Assembly (NCBI GenBank): GCA_031285625.1
Contig: JAITVV010000081.1
Span: 64,001-128,000 of the forward strand
Length of the DNA: 64,000 nt
Origin: Prevotella sp.
GTDB lineage: Bacteria; Bacteroidota; Bacteroidia; Bacteroidales; Dysgonomonadaceae
Direction: 5' to 3'
Shown here: positions 10,153-20,225 of the stretch, in pieces
Layout of the letters: each line of letters opens with the position of its first letter
Numbering within the stretch: the stretch's first letter is position 1
Notes under the pieces: model-generated
Databases searched by the model: none
What the model was told of the DNA's origin: nothing
What the model saw: only the letters and a program-made list of their open reading frames with translations
Translations under genes and position numbers: made by a program

Positions 10153-10777
10153 GATACCGGTAACCGGGAGGGACCATCTGATCGGTAACACTTTTAATCG
10201 TAACATACCTGGATTTCTTCTCGGGTTGTGGTTCAATAACCGGGACTTCTGATAATGGTTTTGATTCATCAATTATCTCTCTCTTTTCTTTCGGTATCTG
10301 CGTACTCAATGTCTGCTGCAACAGATTCAGGTAATCTACCGATTTGGGATCGTTAACGGTTATCATCAGTGCCGGATGCGAACTTTCTTTAGCACGCTCA
10401 TGCCTATTGTTATCTCCAGCCAGTAACAGCTTTATCGCATGTGTATCAGGGGCGTATTCTTTTTGTCTTACTACTTGTGACTTTAGTGCCAGTTTTTCAG
10501 GATTATCCTTATCAGGCACATAAGTCGTACGGGTCTCAGTGAGAGTATAGCCTTCCAGTTTTCTCTTCAGTGACTTACGGGCTATCAGCAACAATTTATC
10601 ATCGCGACGATCTGTTGCCTTTTCTATGGCTTTCTCAAATTCAGGCTTGGTATCCTTCCATTCATAAAATGTTTTACGACTTAGTTTTAGTATACTACAT
10701 ATTTCAGAAATACTATAGGTATCTTCTTCGATAAGAGACACAATTTTCTCGACTAATTTTTCGGTGTATTTTGACAT
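10145..10777 (-). CDS. Phage terminase-small-subunit-like (phBC6A51-type) helix-turn-helix protein, orphan
   Basis: N-terminal HTH (SISEICSILKLSRKTFYEWK...PEF), SLKRKLEGY and PDTHAI motifs resemble that family; no other phage genes nearby. Confidence 0.65.
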   Translation of the reverse strand: MSKYTEKLVEKIVSLIEEDTYSISEICSILKLSRKTFYEWKDTKPEFEKAIEKATDRRDDKLLLIARKSLKRKLEGYTLTETRTTYVPDKDNPEKLALKSQVVRQKEYAPDTHAIKLLLAGDNNRHERAKESSHPALMITVNDPKSVDYLNLLQQTLSTQIPKEKREIIDESKPLSEVPVIEPQPEKKSRYVTIKSVTDQMVPPGYRYRK

Positions 10778-10865
10778 ATCTGTTATAAGTTAGAGGTTAA
10801 TAATCTCACTTATAATAGATAAATATTGTAGGAAATTATGCTATATCAAATAGTGATTTACATAA

Positions 10866-12686
10866 TCACCTGCGGAACAGGTGTTTAAATTGATGGGAAT
10901 ATAATTTGGATAGCCCCTGCCTGTTGTCAATGGCATCCCCTACAACAATCATTGTTGTCAGCGTCAGCTTATTCTCCTTTATTATTTTTGCCAGATCCTG
11001 TAATTGCCCTCTGTAAATACGTTCATCTTTCCATGTCAGTTTATAACATGCCGCAATTGGTGTAGTTGGCGGATAATGTTCCAATAATTCTTTTTGAACA
11101 TTCTCAACTACTGTGGCACTAAGAAAAATACATATGGTACTCTGTGAGCGAGCGAGTAAATGAAGTTTCTCTTTATCAGGCATTGGCGTACGACCTTCTC
11201 CTCTTGTCAGGATGATCGTCTGTACTTTCTCAGGTATCGTAAATTGTGACCTGAGAGCAGCTGCAGCGGCCTGAAAAGATGATATACCCGGGGTGATGTG
11301 GTAAGACATATTGTATTCATCGAAGAAAGCCATTTGTTCCTGTATAGCACCATAGATGCACGGATCGCCTGTGTGTAAGCGTACAACAAGTGCACCTCTG
11401 TCATAGAACTCTTTCATCAGAGTAAATTGTTCCTCCAGGTCCATTGATGCGGAACTACGGACTACAGCTCCCTCTTTGGCACAATATGTAAGTTCTATAG
11501 GAACAAGGCTTCCGGCATATAGAATGAGATCGGCCTCTTCAAGAAACTGACGGCCTTTGACAGAGACGAGGTCAGGGTCACCGGGGCCTGCACCTACTAT
11601 TTCGATATGTCCCTGACGAATGGCTGACCGATTGAGAGCAATAGCAAAAGTGAAGTCATTTCCTTTACTTAATACACCTTTTTGTTTCTCCATGATCAAC
11701 TGTCCATAGTCTGCACTCTTGATTGCTGTGGATTCGGATACTCCCTGTACCGAGGTTACTTTTTCCACCTTTTCAGAAGGGTTAGGCACTTCAATATCTT
11801 TCAGTTCATCGGCAGAATAGATATTTACAGGTATATCGTTCAGATACTGTTGAAGGTCTCTTAGTAAGGCTTCATCCTTCTTAATATCGATGGAGGATAT
11901 ATCGGCTATGGAATGTATGGAGATGGAGTTATTTGTTATAGCTTCTGATATGTATTTAGCAATATCTTCCGGATTACAATCTTTCCGACAGCCTATACCC
12001 AGATGCAGAACCTTCGGATGATAACAGATTGTTTGTATTTCTGTTTCAGGATACAGAAAAGGAGTAACAGCAATAAGCAAGTCATACTTATCCTGTCTGA
12101 TGTCTGTATATCTGTAATATATATCTACATGGTCAGGCTTTGTCCTTTCCATATAGGCAGTTCCTTCATCTTTGATATCGAGAAGTAAGGCAACAGGCTT
12201 TTTATTCACAAACGTAGTCAGAGGAGAATTGAAGTTCTCTGCATTAGTATTTGTTGTCCATTCATATTGCTTACCTAAAGTGTCCAATGCCCACAAGCCT
12301 GTGTTGTCACTCTGAGTCGTGATAATAGCGTTTCCTCCGATGATATGGGCTATCTGACTTGTCAGGTCGTTGGCCCCTCCTACATGTCCTGAAAGTACGG
12401 ATATTACATTCTTACCTGTACTATCGATATTGATTACGGCAGGGTCTGTATGTTTATCTTTTATATAAGGTGCAATGCTCCGTACACAAATACCCATTGC
12501 TCCGATGAAAACGATAGATTCTACTTCCGAAAAGAGCTCAGCTACACAATTGCTAATGGAGTCTATATGCTCTGTTCCATCGATCTTATTCTTACTGTAT
12601 ATCTTTGATCCGGTTAATTCTTTGCTTATTGTTTCAGCTAAAGGATAGCTGCTTTCAGATGTGAGGATTATCGCTGTCTTTATCAT
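10866..12686 (-). CDS. cobM: CbiG-CobM(CbiF) fusion: cobalt-precorrin-5A hydrolase plus precorrin-4 C11-methyltransferase
   Basis: KHTDPAV/LSGHVGGAN/LGIGCRK (CbiG) followed by VGAGPGDPDL, RLHTGDP and TPGISS (CobM). Confidence 0.92.
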   Translation of the reverse strand: MIKTAIILTSESSYPLAETISKELTGSKIYSKNKIDGTEHIDSISNCVAELFSEVESIVFIGAMGICVRSIAPYIKDKHTDPAVINIDSTGKNVISVLSGHVGGANDLTSQIAHIIGGNAIITTQSDNTGLWALDTLGKQYEWTTNTNAENFNSPLTTFVNKKPVALLLDIKDEGTAYMERTKPDHVDIYYRYTDIRQDKYDLLIAVTPFLYPETEIQTICYHPKVLHLGIGCRKDCNPEDIAKYISEAITNNSISIHSIADISSIDIKKDEALLRDLQQYLNDIPVNIYSADELKDIEVPNPSEKVEKVTSVQGVSESTAIKSADYGQLIMEKQKGVLSKGNDFTFAIALNRSAIRQGHIEIVGAGPGDPDLVSVKGRQFLEEADLILYAGSLVPIELTYCAKEGAVVRSSASMDLEEQFTLMKEFYDRGALVVRLHTGDPCIYGAIQEQMAFFDEYNMSYHITPGISSFQAAAAALRSQFTIPEKVQTIILTRGEGRTPMPDKEKLHLLARSQSTICIFLSATVVENVQKELLEHYPPTTPIAACYKLTWKDERIYRGQLQDLAKIIKENKLTLTTMIVVGDAIDNRQGLSKLYSHQFKHLFRR

Positions 12687-12687
12687 C

Positions 12688-13878
12688 TTATTTTTTCTTT
12701 ATTGCTTTCATAACTTCAATGGTATTGAAGTCGTCAATTGTGATACAAATGCTTTGCTCTAATGTCAGATTATTATCGTTTAGTGCTTCCAGAAACATAT
12801 TCCGGCTTTCGTCAGAAACGGAATTGAATACGATGCTTCCATTTTCGTTCAATATGTTAGCTACAGTGGAAACAATCTCTTTCATCTTTCCTCCATGCCC
12901 TCCTATAAAGACAGCATCAGGTTTTGGTAGATGTGAAATATCTGTTTCAGTAAAATCAGCTATAATAGCTGTGATTCCCGGTGTGCCGAATTTTTGTGCA
13001 TTCAGTTCCATTAGCTCTTTCCCTTCGTTACGCTGCTCAAATGCAAAGATTTGCAGATGAGGAAATTGAAGTTTAGCCTCTATTGATACAGATCCTGTGC
13101 AAAAACCTATATCCCAAAATACTGCTTTATCTCGGAGTTCGAGCATGCTTAAAGAAAGTAGTCGTATAGGCATCTTGGTAATCATCTTTGCACGCCCATT
13201 AAGTAAATAGAATTCATTTTCAGGAATGCCAAAAGAACGGGGACGATCAGATATCTTTTCTAAAATAAGATTGTTGGGGAAGGCAAAACTTTTGCCTATT
13301 ACGTCTTCCAGTTTATAAGTGGAGAATTTTTCCTGCTCCTTATTTCCTAACAATTCACCGACTGATATACGGTAGTTGTTATATCCGTATTTGAGCATGC
13401 GGGATGCAATAGCAGACGGGGTATGTTCTTTGTTATCTGTCAGTACTCCGATCTTATTATATCCCATTATCAGCGCTTCATCGAACTTATGCCAGGACCT
13501 GCCTGTTAACGATACAATATGCATATCATGATATGGCATGATCAGACGATGTGCAAGCAATTGCAATGAATTGAAGTACGGGTATAGTATTATATCAACG
13601 TCAGGTATCATCCTCTTTACTGTGTTGGCAAAGCCAAAGAATAAGGGATCGCCCGAAGCAAAGACAACGATTGTATTATGCTTCTTATATTCCTCAAAGA
13701 CATTCTCTAAAGGAACGGCAATATCGATCCATATACTCTTTTCAGGTAAAAAAGATTCCACGATCTGATGATGGCGGTTTCCTCCTGAAAAAATGCGATG
13801 AGAACGGATGATATCTAATATTTCTTCCGCGAAATGTTGTTCCTGATCATCGTCGATACCTATTATATAGAATTTCAT
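12688..13878 (-). CDS. cbiE: Bifunctional precorrin-6Y C5,15-methyltransferase (decarboxylating) CbiE/CbiT
   Basis: ASGDPLFFG, ITKMPIRLLSL, WDIGFCTGSVSIE and DAVFIGG motifs. Confidence 0.92.
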   Translation of the reverse strand: MKFYIIGIDDDQEQHFAEEILDIIRSHRIFSGGNRHHQIVESFLPEKSIWIDIAVPLENVFEEYKKHNTIVVFASGDPLFFGFANTVKRMIPDVDIILYPYFNSLQLLAHRLIMPYHDMHIVSLTGRSWHKFDEALIMGYNKIGVLTDNKEHTPSAIASRMLKYGYNNYRISVGELLGNKEQEKFSTYKLEDVIGKSFAFPNNLILEKISDRPRSFGIPENEFYLLNGRAKMITKMPIRLLSLSMLELRDKAVFWDIGFCTGSVSIEAKLQFPHLQIFAFEQRNEGKELMELNAQKFGTPGITAIIADFTETDISHLPKPDAVFIGGHGGKMKEIVSTVANILNENGSIVFNSVSDESRNMFLEALNDNNLTLEQSICITIDDFNTIEVMKAIKKK

Positions 13879-13880
13879 GA

Positions 13881-15287
13881 TTATACGTCTCTACCGGGTT
13901 TCAATTGTTCTGCATCGTCAAAAGTAAGAATAGAGTTGACCAATGTTGCAGCCAGATTACTTCCTCCCTTGCGCCCTTCTACAATTAGTTTAGGTATATC
14001 CTTGAATGGCTTGGTCATATGTTTGGACTCCCTTACATTTACAAAACCTACAGGAGCAGCAACAATACCTGCCGGATGAGCTTTGTCTTTTCTCACTAAT
14101 TCACACAATTCCATCAGTGCAGTAGGTGCATTACCGAAAACATACAATGCATCGGGATGTTCTTCTACTGCTAAGCGAATACCGGCTTGTGTGCGGGTTA
14201 TTCCTTTTTCTTTTGCGATAGTAGCAACGCGTTCATCATGCAGATAACATTTTACGTCAATGCCTAAGCGATCCAAAGCTCCTTTACGAATACCTGACGC
14301 AGCCATTGTTACATCTGTTATAATTGTTTTCACCTTTCCTTGTATAAACTCATTATGCAGGTTTTCCACAGCATTTTCGTCTACAAGCAGGATATTTTCC
14401 ATATCGAAATCGGCAGTAGTATGTATGGCATGAAGCAATGCCCATTTCTTGCCTAAAGAAATATTCTTATTCTTGAGTTCACCCTCTATAGTGCGGAAAC
14501 TACGGATCATAATATCCTGACCAATACCAATTTCTTCACTTTTAGATTCACGATAGTATCCGCGTGGGGTAATAATATTGTTGTTAGAAATATATGATTG
14601 GGAATTTCCTATAATGATAATCGTGAACATATCTATTTCTTCAGGATCGAATTCAGCAAGGGTAGTAACCTTTATTTCCTGTTCCTCACGTCCTGCCTGA
14701 CGTACATAACCAATAGGCGTTTCGGGAGATCGTTCTTTCAGAAAAAGCTCGATCAATCGGTATAATTGCCAATAACGTCCTTTGCTTTTTGGATTGTAGA
14801 TAGCAGTTACAAAATCGGCAGAAACTGCTGCCGATATTCGCTTTTCTATTCTGTCCCAAGGTGTCATTAGGTCTGAAAGGGAAATGATGCAGAAATCGTG
14901 TCCGATGGGTGCACCAAGCAATGCTGCCGCTTTCTGGAATGCGCTTATGCCGGGTAGTACTTCCACTTCTATTCTGCTTTTCCTCTCATCCCTCATTTCG
15001 TAGACAAGCGGAGCCATTCCATAAATGCCGGAATCGCCGGAACTAATGACACAAACAGTCTTGCCTTTTTCTGCATGAAGAAAAGCCTCTTCTGCACGTT
15101 CACGCTCTTTTTTCATGCCTGTATCGATACAGATTGTATCAGAATTGATTATATTCTCTACAAACTGAAAATAGTACTTATAACCGACTATAACCTGCGA
15201 TATTTTCATTGCATCTATCACAGCCGGTGTAATATCTTCCTTTGATCCGGGGCCTATTCCGGCAACTATTATTTTCCCTTTTGTCAT
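13881..15287 (-). CDS. cobJ: CobJ(CbiH)-CobH(CbiC) fusion: precorrin-3B C17-methyltransferase plus precorrin-8X methylmutase
   Basis: GIGPG, SSGDSGIYGMA, SLSDLMTPW and TPRGY, then HTTADF, GNAPTAL, PVGFV and GRKGGS. Confidence 0.93.
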   Translation of the reverse strand: MTKGKIIVAGIGPGSKEDITPAVIDAMKISQVIVGYKYYFQFVENIINSDTICIDTGMKKERERAEEAFLHAEKGKTVCVISSGDSGIYGMAPLVYEMRDERKSRIEVEVLPGISAFQKAAALLGAPIGHDFCIISLSDLMTPWDRIEKRISAAVSADFVTAIYNPKSKGRYWQLYRLIELFLKERSPETPIGYVRQAGREEQEIKVTTLAEFDPEEIDMFTIIIIGNSQSYISNNNIITPRGYYRESKSEEIGIGQDIMIRSFRTIEGELKNKNISLGKKWALLHAIHTTADFDMENILLVDENAVENLHNEFIQGKVKTIITDVTMAASGIRKGALDRLGIDVKCYLHDERVATIAKEKGITRTQAGIRLAVEEHPDALYVFGNAPTALMELCELVRKDKAHPAGIVAAPVGFVNVRESKHMTKPFKDIPKLIVEGRKGGSNLAATLVNSILTFDDAEQLKPGRDV

Positions 15288-15292
15288 GTATG

Positions 15293-16768
15293 TTAGTTGT
15301 GTTTATTAGAACAAATATACTTCTTTAATTTCTTAACTTTCCGTTTCAGATATCCAAACCCTAGCCAAACTCCTGATACGGATACAATTGTTCCACCAAT
15401 CATGGTTGTCCACATAATAATATTCCAAAGAATTTTATTTTCTGCCGTAAGTTTAAACTTGAAACTATGTAATGCCTGATAAGACCAACGCCTTACTTTG
15501 GTATTCGTATTAAAATAGCGCGTATTCCCGTTTTTAGGATTGATATAATAGGTGCTGCCATCTGCATCATCTATTTCAGCTTTATATACAGGTAATGGTA
15601 AATGATCGGACAGGCCTACATAGTAGTTGTCATACTCCGTCATTAATGAAAGTGTAACCGGCTCGGAATGAACTAATGCCAACCTTTCTTTTATATCCTG
15701 TTCGTTTAGTGACAGATCCTTAATTTCTTCAGAAGAGGCATCAATAGTTATTAACCGATTATTTATGACAGCCTTATAGATGGGTTTATTTCCAAATGAT
15801 GTCCATTCTATGCTTTTTACCTCATCAGGGTATTTATCAAATATTCTATGATAGTCCAATATGTAATTTTGGAGCTTGATAGGTTCTTGCGCATACAATT
15901 TTTTCTCTATGTCAGAATTATGCACTTTAACTATCCATTGAGGAACAGGAGCCAATGACATCATTCCGCTGAATACAAATGTAAAAACAAATATGCCGAA
16001 TATAAATCCTAATATATGATGCCATTTATAGATAATCTTTTTATATGGAGTCTTCAGCTTCTTTCTCCGGCGATATTGTACAATATAGGAACGTACGCCA
16101 AGGATAATGCCAGCAAGGCACATTAGTGAACCAATGCCTGAAAGCCATACTACCACGTCTATCCATAGTTGGGAATTTTGCCGGAGTGAGGTAAAATACA
16201 CCCAGTGGGGTATTGCTCCCAGCCATGCCCAGAAACGATTGTTTTCATCGGTAAATTGCAAAGCCTCACCTGTACGTGATGATATATAGAGTTGATGTTT
16301 GTCTTTATCTCCAAAATAGAATTTATAGATAGGAAACTCTTTTTTCAAACGCCCAAAAGGTATCCATTGATCCAATTCACGTAATGTATCTACCTGTACT
16401 ATTTCAGCGTCATTCCATCGTTGTGCATATTCCTTTATCTGTTCATATGTAGAGGATCGTACATTCTGCATGGACAAGTCTGCAAAAATCCGGCTGTTAT
16501 TCCCTGAGGACGAAACAACGAAGAAAGGCTTATTTGCATAAGACTGTAATGCTAATTTAGTTATTGTACTATCCGATTTCTTTATGATTGAATCAATAGG
16601 TAGAATATCCCCCTGCAACACATCCATATTTTTATATGTGTCGCGATTGCTTACTTTCGGAAAAGTATGATATATCATTACAAAACCTGAAAGGAACCAG
16701 ATCAGGAACAGGATACTGAGAATTGTACCCAGTATCCTGTGAAAAGAATAGAATATCTTTGTTAGCAT
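15293..16768 (-). CDS. PepSY-associated TM-helix membrane protein
   Basis: HRILG, IPHWVYF, WHHILG and LHSF His-containing TM segments. Confidence 0.85.
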   Translation of the reverse strand: MLTKIFYSFHRILGTILSILFLIWFLSGFVMIYHTFPKVSNRDTYKNMDVLQGDILPIDSIIKKSDSTITKLALQSYANKPFFVVSSSGNNSRIFADLSMQNVRSSTYEQIKEYAQRWNDAEIVQVDTLRELDQWIPFGRLKKEFPIYKFYFGDKDKHQLYISSRTGEALQFTDENNRFWAWLGAIPHWVYFTSLRQNSQLWIDVVVWLSGIGSLMCLAGIILGVRSYIVQYRRRKKLKTPYKKIIYKWHHILGFIFGIFVFTFVFSGMMSLAPVPQWIVKVHNSDIEKKLYAQEPIKLQNYILDYHRIFDKYPDEVKSIEWTSFGNKPIYKAVINNRLITIDASSEEIKDLSLNEQDIKERLALVHSEPVTLSLMTEYDNYYVGLSDHLPLPVYKAEIDDADGSTYYINPKNGNTRYFNTNTKVRRWSYQALHSFKFKLTAENKILWNIIMWTTMIGGTIVSVSGVWLGFGYLKRKVKKLKKYICSNKHN

Positions 16769-16770
16769 AA

Positions 16771-19128
16771 TTATAAGCTATACGCGAGAGTAAACAAATA
16801 GTTACGGGGATTGCTCGGTACCATCTGGGTACTCAACGATTGATTATAATATTCCTTGTCAAACACATTATTTACATTTACTCTCAGTTGTATGCCATTA
16901 TTTAACTTGTAGGATGCTCCGAAATCTGTTAGCCAGTAAGAAGGATATACCACACTTTTACTTATATCGCGATACACATTATCAGTATAGGATACAGTAA
17001 AGTTGAAAGCCAAGTCTTTAAACACACCTCTTGTAATACCATAATTTCCGGCTGCAAAGAATGTATTTTTAGGGATACCTGCCAGACGCATACCTTTTTG
17101 AGGATCGGATCCACTTTCGACATAGCCATTTTCAACTAAATTCTTAGCGGTGAAATCTATGATAGTTGCATCGGTATATCCATATCCCAAAGAAAACATC
17201 AAGTTGTCAGATGGTGTAATTATAAATTCCAATTCAAAACCTTTCGATTCGCTGGATGCTACTTGTCCTACAACCGATTTCTTTTTTCCTCCGTCTTCCG
17301 GGTCTTCATAGCTACTGTTTAGTGTTTTCTTTTCATTATTCTTGCGAATATAAAATGCACTGGCTGTAGCTTGTAAGAGCCTGCTGAATGAATAGCGTGC
17401 ACCCAGTTCAGCTTGATAGCCTGTCTGCGGTTTTAAAGCTTCCTCGGCTGATTTCGGATAAAATCTTTTGCCATCTCCGTCGATATATACGGTGGTTTCG
17501 GTATTTACGATATCACGATATGGCATAAAAAAGTTTGCAATCGATCCGTATATAGATAAATTAGTCACAGGCAAATAAACAGCACCGACCCTATAAGTAA
17601 AAGCAGAAGTAGAAGTTTTATCAAAAGGTTCTTGTTCCGAATATTCCCGCTCTTTCGTTTTGGTATCCATTTTACCTAAAGCGGTTTTGAATGAAAAGTG
17701 GTCAAAACGTCCGGATAGCATAACTTTAAACTTTTCAGATAATTCGAATAGATTTTGCAGGTAAACACTGTTTGTGTAATTACGTGTAGCAGTACCTGCT
17801 CCAAAATACGGATCCATATATCCCATGCTGTGAGGATTGTTGACAGAAACTTTAGAATATAATCCGGGACCTTCTATTAAATCGGATAATGCATATCCCC
17901 CTCCATAACCACGATAAGTGTTACGATGGAAAAAAACGAAGTTATATCCACCCAGATAATTATATTTCATACCGTTGACGAATTCTATCTTACCGGATGC
18001 TTCTATTTGTTCATTAATAGTGTGTACTGTATAAGCGAAACGAAGAGGATATGTTAGCTGGACAGTATCTAAACAGATATATTTTTTCGCATCTCCTTTC
18101 ATATAGTAGTGGTTATAGATCGGTTGGTCACTTTCCAGATATGATAGTTCCTCAGTACTGAAATAATCGATGTTATCGTAGTTATATGCCAAACGGTTTT
18201 CTATTTTAAAAGATTCCGATACTTTATTACTATATCTTACAGATATATTCGAAGCATGATTTTTCATGAAATCGGACTCGTTATTATACCTTGCACGTTT
18301 ATTTAATCCGGGAAGCATATCCCCCTTGGAAAGATATTGAGTGCCATCTGTTTTATAAATATCATTGGCCATAAGGCGTGGTAGACCAATCTCTGTTCCG
18401 TACCAGTCGCGGTTAAGCCCTGCGCGGATGTCCAGTTCCTGTTTTTCGTCGAACTTAGCACCCAGTACAAAATATCCGGAGAAACGCTTGTCATTGGTAT
18501 CCCTGTATCCTTCATTATCGGACCAGTTTATCACTGCACGATAATTAAACGGCCCAAGAAATCTTCCTCCGAAATCCATCATAGCACGTTTGTTATCCCA
18601 CGAGCCGTAACTCATCAGGGCATTTACTGTTGTGCGGGATGTTGGAGCCTTGCGGGTAATATTTACAATTCCTCCTACAGAAGAGTGTCCGTATAATACA
18701 GAGGCCGGGCCTTTAAGTAACTCGATAGACTCTACTGATGACAAATCTGCCAATGGTGCGGAGTTTGTAATGGAAGTACGCTCATCCCTTACGCCATCTA
18801 TCATAATAGGAGTATAATCGAATCCTCTTACTTCGAACTGCTGGTATGAGCCATAAGTGGTTCTCATACGTGTATTGGGTAGGAATTTCACTGCGTCTTG
18901 TATATTTACAATACCTCTCATATCCAGATTATTCGCTGATACGGTAGTTACTGAAAGAGGTAAGTATTGTAATGGAACATTCAGTTTTCCGATATCATTT
19001 TTTTTCAGGTTGGTTCCTATTACTTCAATTTCTTTTATGCTATGTATGGTATCCGTTATACTTTTATTCTGAGCGTTAGAATATAAGCTAATCGCTGATA
19101 GTATAATAATAAATATATATATTTTCAT
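16771..19128 (-). CDS. TonB-dependent receptor (siderophore/metal type)
   Basis: Signal peptide, IELLKGPASVLYG plug motif, NVFDKEYY...PRNY C-terminus. Confidence 0.92.
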   Translation of the reverse strand: MKIYIFIIILSAISLYSNAQNKSITDTIHSIKEIEVIGTNLKKNDIGKLNVPLQYLPLSVTTVSANNLDMRGIVNIQDAVKFLPNTRMRTTYGSYQQFEVRGFDYTPIMIDGVRDERTSITNSAPLADLSSVESIELLKGPASVLYGHSSVGGIVNITRKAPTSRTTVNALMSYGSWDNKRAMMDFGGRFLGPFNYRAVINWSDNEGYRDTNDKRFSGYFVLGAKFDEKQELDIRAGLNRDWYGTEIGLPRLMANDIYKTDGTQYLSKGDMLPGLNKRARYNNESDFMKNHASNISVRYSNKVSESFKIENRLAYNYDNIDYFSTEELSYLESDQPIYNHYYMKGDAKKYICLDTVQLTYPLRFAYTVHTINEQIEASGKIEFVNGMKYNYLGGYNFVFFHRNTYRGYGGGYALSDLIEGPGLYSKVSVNNPHSMGYMDPYFGAGTATRNYTNSVYLQNLFELSEKFKVMLSGRFDHFSFKTALGKMDTKTKEREYSEQEPFDKTSTSAFTYRVGAVYLPVTNLSIYGSIANFFMPYRDIVNTETTVYIDGDGKRFYPKSAEEALKPQTGYQAELGARYSFSRLLQATASAFYIRKNNEKKTLNSSYEDPEDGGKKKSVVGQVASSESKGFELEFIITPSDNLMFSLGYGYTDATIIDFTAKNLVENGYVESGSDPQKGMRLAGIPKNTFFAAGNYGITRGVFKDLAFNFTVSYTDNVYRDISKSVVYPSYWLTDFGASYKLNNGIQLRVNVNNVFDKEYYNQSLSTQMVPSNPRNYLFTLAYSL

Positions 19129-19179
19129 AGTTCTTTTTATTTGAATAATTAAATAACTAAAGTATTTGTATTCACTTGA

Positions 19180-19247
19180 TTTTTGTCATCTCTCCTCTTT
19201 TCCTTGATAAATGGGTCGGGATGCTTCCTATCGTCAGCATGACAAAA
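19180..19247. repeat. REPIN-like palindromic element, intact right arm 19220-19246
   Basis: TTTTGTCAT...GATGCTTCCTATCGTCAGCATGACAAAA; the arm is the exact reverse complement of 21328-21354. Confidence 0.7.
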
Positions 19248-19272
19248 TACTTCAATAAATGTCTGCCATAAC

Positions 19273-20211
19273 TTAATGATGGTGAAGATGTTGCTTCTCT
19301 CCTGTTACTTCATAGGTGGCTTTCTTCTCCATAATGCCTATCTTACGGTGAGTAGCTATAAATTTTAGGTGTGAAATGTACAGATCTTGTATATCCGGAT
19401 TTTGTCCTAACCCTTTCATTAAGACTCCGACTTCAAAACCTTCTTTCCCCAAATCGTTTTTCCAGTCTTCGGCTATATCATTTTTAGCATGTTCTCCCGC
19501 AACAAACATAAAAGGAACTAATACTACTTTCTTTAATCCTGATGTTTTCAATTGTTTAAGCATATCGTTATATTCAGGATAACCTTCGATTGTTCCTACA
19601 AAATAGTTATTGTGACCTTTAGCCTTTAACATATAATCCATCATTGCATACTGCGCCGTAGTGGCATCGTAAGTACCATGACCTACCCATACATATGCCG
19701 TATTTTTATCACTGTTCGAGGTCAGGATATCTATTACCTTTTCATAATCGTGAGGCGAGTACAAAAGAGGATCTCCTACACGGATATCTTTAAATAATGC
19801 ACTCACTTCTTCTACATTTCTGTTTAATGATTCCATTTCCACCCCATCAATTATGGTAGATGCCTGCACAAGGATATGTGTATATCCATCCGCATGGAGT
19901 TGTTTCAATGCTTCCAACGGGTTTTGCTTAATAATACCCATTGCATCCAATCTCTTAATAACGATACGCGATGTATATGCTTCGCGGAACTCAATGTCAC
20001 TGAATTGTTGTTTTACTTTGCTGTTTATTGCATCTATCGTAAGTTCGCGGGTATCGCGATGTGTTGTACCGAAGTGTACCATCAGTATAGCCAGTTTATC
20101 GCCGGTTTGCATCGTTTTTATAATATCTGATGCTTCAAAGTTTTTACCTCCGTGCCCCAAGGCTGTTAGTGCAATGATGCACATCGTGAATATTAAGAAT
20201 ATCTTTTTCAT
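19273..20211 (-). CDS. cbiK: Sirohydrochlorin cobaltochelatase CbiK (signal peptide, His-rich tail)
   Basis: VHFGTT, REAYTSRIV, GHGT and PFMFVAGEHAKNDI motifs. Confidence 0.92.
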   Translation of the reverse strand: MKKIFLIFTMCIIALTALGHGGKNFEASDIIKTMQTGDKLAILMVHFGTTHRDTRELTIDAINSKVKQQFSDIEFREAYTSRIVIKRLDAMGIIKQNPLEALKQLHADGYTHILVQASTIIDGVEMESLNRNVEEVSALFKDIRVGDPLLYSPHDYEKVIDILTSNSDKNTAYVWVGHGTYDATTAQYAMMDYMLKAKGHNNYFVGTIEGYPEYNDMLKQLKTSGLKKVVLVPFMFVAGEHAKNDIAEDWKNDLGKEGFEVGVLMKGLGQNPDIQDLYISHLKFIATHRKIGIMEKKATYEVTGEKQHLHHH

Positions 20212-20225
20212 ATATTTATTATTTT

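Noticed and set aside
10145-10777. Prophage
   Set aside because: Only one phage-like gene; no integrase, structural genes or att repeats seen
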